The notes beneath the pieces were generated by a model that saw only the letters and a list, made by a program, of their open reading frames with translations, searched no databases and was not told the origin of the DNA. Positions 59,347 to 64,000 of a DNA stretch of 64,000 nt are shown one piece after another. The stretch's first letter is position 1; each line of letters opens with the position of its first letter. The DNA is from an uncultured Candidatus Saccharibacteria bacterium. Lineage in GTDB: Bacteria; Patescibacteriota; Minisyncoccia; Phycocordibacterales; UBA9973. The position numbers and the translations under genes are program-made. Location of the stretch: NCBI GenBank assembly GCA_964599225.1, contig CAZRDO010000001.1, positions 15,153 through 79,152 of the forward strand, written 5' to 3'.

Positions 59347-60315
59347 ATGAATCTAGAAGAAGTCAAAAAAAATTATAAAACAGCTTACCTCGGCGAAAGC
59401 TACGAGCATCTTCTGCGTGAAGAAGAAAAAGTACGAGAACTACTTCTTGCTGATCCAACCATGGAGGAACTCGTAACGGAGGAGCTAAAAAATATTCTGG
59501 ATCAGAAAGCTGAGATTGAACGACAAGTCCTAGAAATTGAGAAGCATGATGTCGAGGTAGAGGAGTCACCACGCGAAATCATACTTGAGGTCCGTGCTGG
59601 GGCCGGAGGGGATGAGGCAAGCCTTTTTGCCGCTGAACTAGCAGGGATGTATTCCGGCTACGCAACTGCAAGTGGCTGGTCATGGAAAAAGGAATCAGAA
59701 TCCATTACTGATGTTGGTGGCTACAAAGAAGCGACATTTGAAATTAAAGGTGAAGGAGTATATGATGATCTTCGTTACGAGACTGGTGTCCATAGAGTTC
59801 AACGTATTCCAGACACAGAGAAAAATGGTCGCATTCATACTTCGACTGCATCAGTTGCGGTGCTACCTATTCGCAAAAAAGTGACGTTTGAAATCAATCC
59901 TGCAGACCTCGAAATGGAATATTCTCGCTCAGGCGGCGCAGGAGGGCAGAATGTGAATAAAATTGAAACGGCCGTCCGTCTTGTGCATAAGCCTACTGGT
60001 ATCGATGTACGTGCGACGAGCGAGCGCACTCAACGTGGTAATCGCGAGCGTGCCATGGAAATCCTGACAGCTAAACTTCTCGCACTCAAGGAGGAGGAGG
60101 AAGCTAAGAAATACTCAGCTGATCGCAAGAACCAGATTGGGACAGGGGATAGAAGTGAGAAAATTCGTACGTATAACTTTCCACAAGATCGTGTTACTGA
60201 TCACCGCATCAAAGAATCATGGTCAAATATTCCTGTCATCATGAAAGGCGATATTGCTAAAATTATTGATTCACTTAAGAATTTTACTGGCGAGACTAGT
60301 ATGCTCGAAGAATAG
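59347..60315 (+). CDS. prfA: Peptide chain release factor 1 (short N-terminal domain)
   Basis: [12 protein letters not shown] (PxT), [23 protein letters not shown]. Confidence 0.95.
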   Translation: MNLEEVKKNYKTAYLGESYEHLLREEEKVRELLLADPTMEELVTEELKNILDQKAEIERQVLEIEKHDVEVEESPREIILEVRAGAGGDEASLFAAELAGMYSGYATASGWSWKKESESITDVGGYKEATFEIKGEGVYDDLRYETGVHRVQRIPDTEKNGRIHTSTASVAVLPIRKKVTFEINPADLEMEYSRSGGAGGQNVNKIETAVRLVHKPTGIDVRATSERTQRGNRERAMEILTAKLLALKEEEEAKKYSADRKNQIGTGDRSEKIRTYNFPQDRVTDHRIKESWSNIPVIMKGDIAKIIDSLKNFTGETSMLEE

Positions 60316-60323
60316 ACTCTTTG

Positions 60324-61049
60324 CTAGAAAGTAATTCTTGAGAAGCGAACAACTCCAAATTGATCTGTGAAGAACTCTGTATGAGGAGCGAGTTTTATAA
60401 TTTCCTCTTGCTGTTCTGGTTCGTGTTCCAGGTACAATATACCTCCTTTGTTTAGGTGTTGAGATACTTCTTTCAATACTCTCTTAATAATCTCAGTTCC
60501 ATGCTCTCCTCCAAATAAGGCTTCATGTGGTTCATGCCTAATGACGTTCTTTTGTATGCGACGCTCGAGTAGGGGATCAATATAGGGAGGGTTACAGACT
60601 ACGACATCATATTTTGTATGAATATTTTCAAACAAATCTCCACCTAAGACTTGGGTTCTCGCTGGATTAATTCCATTTTCTATAATATTTTTTGTAATTG
60701 TGGCATGGTGTGAAGGGTTCATTTCAACAAAATCTGCATTTACGTGTTGAATTTCGTGCAATAGTGCAACACCAATACAGCCTGAGCCTGCACAGAGATC
60801 CAGGATATTTAGCTTAGAAATATTTTTCTCTTTTAATTCTTTACTTAACTCTCCCACCCCATATTCAGTCTCAGTTCGTGGAATAAGAGGCTTTGAATCA
60901 AGATATATTTTCGTGCCGAGGAACGGTACCCACCCAATTACATAAGCAAGCGGCTCACCCTCTTTGAGTCGCTCTATATCAGAATAAAATGCATCAGTTT
61001 TTTGACCTGCATATTTATCTCGTAGTAGCCAAGCTATTTCTTGTTCCAT
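60324..61049 (-). CDS. prmC: Release factor glutamine methyltransferase PrmC/HemK
   Basis: GEPLAY, LIPRTETE, LDLCAGSGCI, NPPY, EP..ALFGG. Confidence 0.95.
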   Translation of the reverse strand: MEQEIAWLLRDKYAGQKTDAFYSDIERLKEGEPLAYVIGWVPFLGTKIYLDSKPLIPRTETEYGVGELSKELKEKNISKLNILDLCAGSGCIGVALLHEIQHVNADFVEMNPSHHATITKNIIENGINPARTQVLGGDLFENIHTKYDVVVCNPPYIDPLLERRIQKNVIRHEPHEALFGGEHGTEIIKRVLKEVSQHLNKGGILYLEHEPEQQEEIIKLAPHTEFFTDQFGVVRFSRITF

Positions 61050-61060
61050 TATTTATTCGG

Positions 61061-61132
61061 TGGGCGGCATAAGAATCGAACTTATGACCTCTGTCTTATC
61101 AGGACAGCGTTCTACCACTGAACTAGCCGCCC
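61061..61132 (-). tRNA. tRNA-Ile (GAT)
   Basis: GGGCGGCTAGTTCAGTGGTAGAAC, CTGTC-CTGATAA-GACAG, GTTCGATTC, GCCGCCCA. Confidence 0.95.
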
Positions 61133-61372
61133 AATGCAAGCTGTTCAATTCATTTAATACTCTATCAAATGTTGTTGAACTATATCAAAAAAACACTAAA
61201 TTGACAATATCAGTAAAATAAAATCACCGGCTTAAAACCAGTGATAAAGTAATAAAGAAACACACGCGATAAGAAGGACTGTTATCCACATAAATCATTG
61301 CAGGTACTATTAGGGGAGCTATACTATCTCAGGTCGAATTAATTTGACCGGTAATGTATATACACTACTCGC

Positions 61373-61804
61373 ATGGTTAAAAAGCTTGCAATAGTGTTTG
61401 GAATTGTTTTCGTTGTTGTCGGCTTACTTGGATTTATTTCAAATCCAATCGTCGGTGATGCGGGAATCTTCCATACAAATGCACTGCACAATATTGTGCA
61501 TCTCTTGGTAGGTATCATCCTCCTCTGTGTTGCAAAAAATGAAAAGAATGCAGCGAAAGCGATGAAAATCTTTGGTATTGTCTATCTTTTGTTAGCAATC
61601 CTCGGTTTCATTTCTTTGGACATCCTTTCATTTATTTCAGCAAATGGGGCCGATAACATACTTCATTTGGTGTTAGGTATTGTGCTTCTCGTTGTTGGTA
61701 TGAAAGCCAGCAAGGGGGCACCTATGAAAATGAGTTCACCTATGACACCTCCAACATCTGGTAGCGCAGATGCTGGTATGTCTGGAGGATCTCCTCATAT
61801 GTAG
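61373..61804 (+). CDS. DUF4383-like four-TM membrane protein
   Basis: HNIVHLLVG and DNILHLVLG repeated motifs. Confidence 0.8.
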   Translation: MVKKLAIVFGIVFVVVGLLGFISNPIVGDAGIFHTNALHNIVHLLVGIILLCVAKNEKNAAKAMKIFGIVYLLLAILGFISLDILSFISANGADNILHLVLGIVLLVVGMKASKGAPMKMSSPMTPPTSGSADAGMSGGSPHM

Positions 61805-61822
61805 TCGCATTGCAAAAATTCG

Positions 61823-61857
61823 CAAAACACACTCGAAATTCGAGTGTGTTTTGTTTT
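61823..61857 (+). terminator. Rho-independent terminator
   Basis: CAAAACACACTCGAA-a-TTCGAGTGTGTTTTG plus T run. Confidence 0.8.
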
Positions 61858-61890
61858 AGGATTTATGGCGTTTTTCTGTATACTTTCTAG

Positions 61891-62571
61891 ATGAGTACAC
61901 TCTACATAGTCGCTACACCAATTGGGAACCTTAAGGATATTACACTTCGAGCTATTGAAGTATTGGGAAATGTTGACTATATTTTGGCTGAAGACTCTAG
62001 GGTGTCTAAAGTATTACTCGACTCACTCACAATAGAAAAGCCGATCATTTCCTATAAAAGTAGGGCTACTAAAACAGTCCACGACAAAGTGATTCGTCTT
62101 TTGGAAGAAGGCAAGAATCTTGCACTCATTTCCGATGCAGGCACACCTGGGATTCAAGACCCTGGGACGTACCTTGTGGCACTTATTCGAAAGCATTTTG
62201 GAGATGAAGTTCCTATTGTGCCCATTCCTGGCGCTTCAGCATTGACTACCGCACTCTCTGTCGCCGGAATACCGGTAAATGAATTTACTTTTCTCGGCTT
62301 CTTGCCTCATAAGAAAGGGAGGGAGACTTTACTCAAACGCATCAGTAAAAATGATGCTACTTATGTCTTCTATGAATCGCCTCACCGTTTTCTTAAAATG
62401 CTTGACGGTTTAAAAAAGTTTGAATTTAGTGGCACACTTATCATTTTCCGGGAGCTTACTAAAAAATTTGAAGAAATTAAGGCTGGTACTGTGGAAGAAA
62501 TCAAATGCTACTACAATACCCATGCAGACAAGATGCGAGGTGAGTTTGTGATCATTGCACACAACGAATAG
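61891..62571 (+). CDS. rsmI: 16S rRNA Cm1402 2'-O-methyltransferase RsmI
   Basis: LYIVATPIGNL.DITLRA, SDAGTPGIQDPG, FYESPHR, RELTK. Confidence 0.97.
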   Translation: MSTLYIVATPIGNLKDITLRAIEVLGNVDYILAEDSRVSKVLLDSLTIEKPIISYKSRATKTVHDKVIRLLEEGKNLALISDAGTPGIQDPGTYLVALIRKHFGDEVPIVPIPGASALTTALSVAGIPVNEFTFLGFLPHKKGRETLLKRISKNDATYVFYESPHRFLKMLDGLKKFEFSGTLIIFRELTKKFEEIKAGTVEEIKCYYNTHADKMRGEFVIIAHNE

Positions 62572-62623
62572 TATGAGCATCATCTGCTTTCCAAATTACA
62601 GGCTCCTTAGTATACTAATCTCT

Positions 62624-62824
62624 ATGACACCAAAATTAGAATACATTTTACTTGCTTTCGGGATTTGGATTATGGGACTTGCATATCTAGGCTTTCCAAG
62701 ACCATTTAAGAATTTACTATATGTTGTAACAGGATTGCTTCTCATTGTACTTGCGTATCTAGTTTATCAGAGGAAAAAAGATCGTATGAAAAGAAAAAAT
62801 TTAGTAGCAACTGAGATTCAATAA
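62624..62824 (+). CDS. Small two-TM membrane protein
   Basis: GIW....YLGFP hairpin; TATACT 7 nt before ATG. Confidence 0.7.
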   Translation: MTPKLEYILLAFGIWIMGLAYLGFPRPFKNLLYVVTGLLLIVLAYLVYQRKKDRMKRKNLVATEIQ

Positions 62825-62833
62825 AATTCACTA

Positions 62834-64000
62834 ATGAAATCTTCTAAAACTACACTTTGCATTATTTTCTGCATTATCGTTGTAGTAGGTATAGTGCTAT
62901 ATAAAGTACAGGACACTGTCTTCTCAATCTCCTATTCACAGCCTGCAGTTGCAAGTTCTGGACTTACGCTCGCAAAAGAACCTGCATTAGAAGTCCCATT
63001 ACCTCCTCCTATAACCCACATAGATACGCCGACAGAGGTTAGAGGGCTTTATATGAGTGCCTGTGTGGCTGGAACACCGAGCCTCCGCAATAAAATGGTA
63101 GGAGTGGTTGAAAGAACTGAAGCCAATACTCTTATTATTGATGTGAAGGATTATTCAGGTGGAATTTCTTTTGTTCCCAATGATGCAAGTCTTGTTCCAT
63201 ATATTTCAACCCGATGTAAAGTTAAAGATATGCAATTATTTATTAATGAATTGCATGAAAAGGATATTTATATTATCGGTCGTGTCACAGCATTCCAAGA
63301 CCCGCTTTTTACAAAGAAAAACCCTGAATCAGCAATCCGGAAGAAAAGCGATGGAGGGATGTGGCTCGATAAGAATGGACTTGCCTATATTGACCCAGCA
63401 TCAAAAGACGCCTGGGATCATTTAGTAAAAATTGCCGAAGATGCACACAATATTGGATTTGATGAAATAAATTTTGATTACATCCGTTATCCATCAGATG
63501 GTCCAATTACGGATATACGTATACCTTCTGGTGAGGGGAGTACGAAGCAGTTTGTACTAAATTCTTTTTTTACCTATCTCCATGAAAAAATGGTTGCGGC
63601 TGAGATAGTTCATTCGGCTGATCTCTTTGGTATGACCACAACGAACACTGATGACCTAGGAATCGGTCAGGTGCTTGAAGATGCGCTCAGAAATTTTGAT
63701 TTTGTCGCGCCTATGGTCTACCCATCTCACTACCCACCAGGCTGGAATAACTATTCATTGCCTGATAAATACCCATATGAAGTAATTAAAGTTGCAATGG
63801 GTAAGGCAGTTGAAAGAGCTACACTCTTAGGTGTTTCTCCAAAGAAACTACGTCCATGGCTTCAAGATTTTGAACTCCATCATGTTCCATACACTGCAGA
63901 TATGGTACGCAAGCAAATGCAAGCCTCATATGATGTTGGGCTCGATAGCTGGATGCTCTGGGATGCTGCTAATACCTACACTGAGTCTGCGCTTCTAGTA
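62834..64000 (+). CDS. Putative glycoside hydrolase (DUF4015-like), 3'-truncated by window edge
   Basis: N-terminal TM; VRGLYM, IIDVKD, GFDEINFDYIRYPSDG, PMVYPSHY, LRPWLQDF, WMLWDA; no stop in window. Confidence 0.85.
   Translation, partial: MKSSKTTLCIIFCIIVVVGIVLYKVQDTVFSISYSQPAVASSGLTLAKEPALEVPLPPPITHIDTPTEVRGLYMSACVAGTPSLRNKMVGVVERTEANTLIIDVKDYSGGISFVPNDASLVPYISTRCKVKDMQLFINELHEKDIYIIGRVTAFQDPLFTKKNPESAIRKKSDGGMWLDKNGLAYIDPASKDAWDHLVKIAEDAHNIGFDEINFDYIRYPSDGPITDIRIPSGEGSTKQFVLNSFFTYLHEKMVAAEIVHSADLFGMTTTNTDDLGIGQVLEDALRNFDFVAPMVYPSHYPPGWNNYSLPDKYPYEVIKVAMGKAVERATLLGVSPKKLRPWLQDFELHHVPYTADMVRKQMQASYDVGLDSWMLWDAANTYTESALLV

Noticed and set aside
61282-61290. Perfect DnaA box TTATCCACA as a sign of oriC
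   Set aside because: Isolated box with no cluster, no unwinding element and no dnaA/dnaN nearby
63159-63506. ORFs 63159-63425 (+) and 63309-63506 (-)
   Set aside because: They lie inside the open DUF4015-like frame from 62834, which the track missed because it has no stop in the window
1-64000. Alternative genetic code 25 (UGA=Gly) as in Gracilibacteria/Absconditabacteria
   Set aside because: Conserved genes are full length under code 11, and several end in TGA (e.g. rpe, the helicase)

Overview
This window looks like chromosomal DNA from a Patescibacteria (CPR) bacterium, most likely Parcubacteria/OD1. TGA is used as a stop (standard code 11), and several proteins show CPR-typical reductions: a short AlaRS, a helicase-degenerate PriA, an N-terminally short RF1 and a split transketolase. 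The backbone is housekeeping: mraZ-rsmH-ftsL-ftsI, ftsA-ftsZ, mreB, frr, rseP, mltG, mnmA, alaS, infA-rpmJ-rpsM-rpsK-rpsD-rpoA-rplQ-rplM-rpsI, grpE/dnaK, gatB, a gap-rpiB-rpe-tkt-pfkB-fba sugar-phosphate cluster, rplY, rpmE, prfA/prmC, rsmI, tRNA-Glu(CTC) and tRNA-Ile(GAT). The most notable signals are six. (1) Two ~290-bp elements each consist of an 87-aa GIY-YIG gene enclosed by 22-bp inverted repeats with shared CCCGC...GCGGG termini, inserted at a stop-start junction and in a -10 box; this is a candidate transposase-free mobile element family. (2) Diverged relics of the gap 3' end and of the transketolase-C 5' end lie next to inserted small genes, a signature of cassette accretion. (3) There is a tandem array of four related membrane-anchored Cys-containing microproteins. 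(4) A lexA/umuD-Y-polymerase cassette has a perfect TGAAC-N4-GTTCA box in its promoter spacer. (5) A PaaX/Cas2-like regulator with a palindromic operator is divergent from dnaK. (6) Leaderless promoters are pervasive, and strand-polar heptamer repeats sit at gene boundaries. All calls come from motif recognition by eye; no database searches were run.
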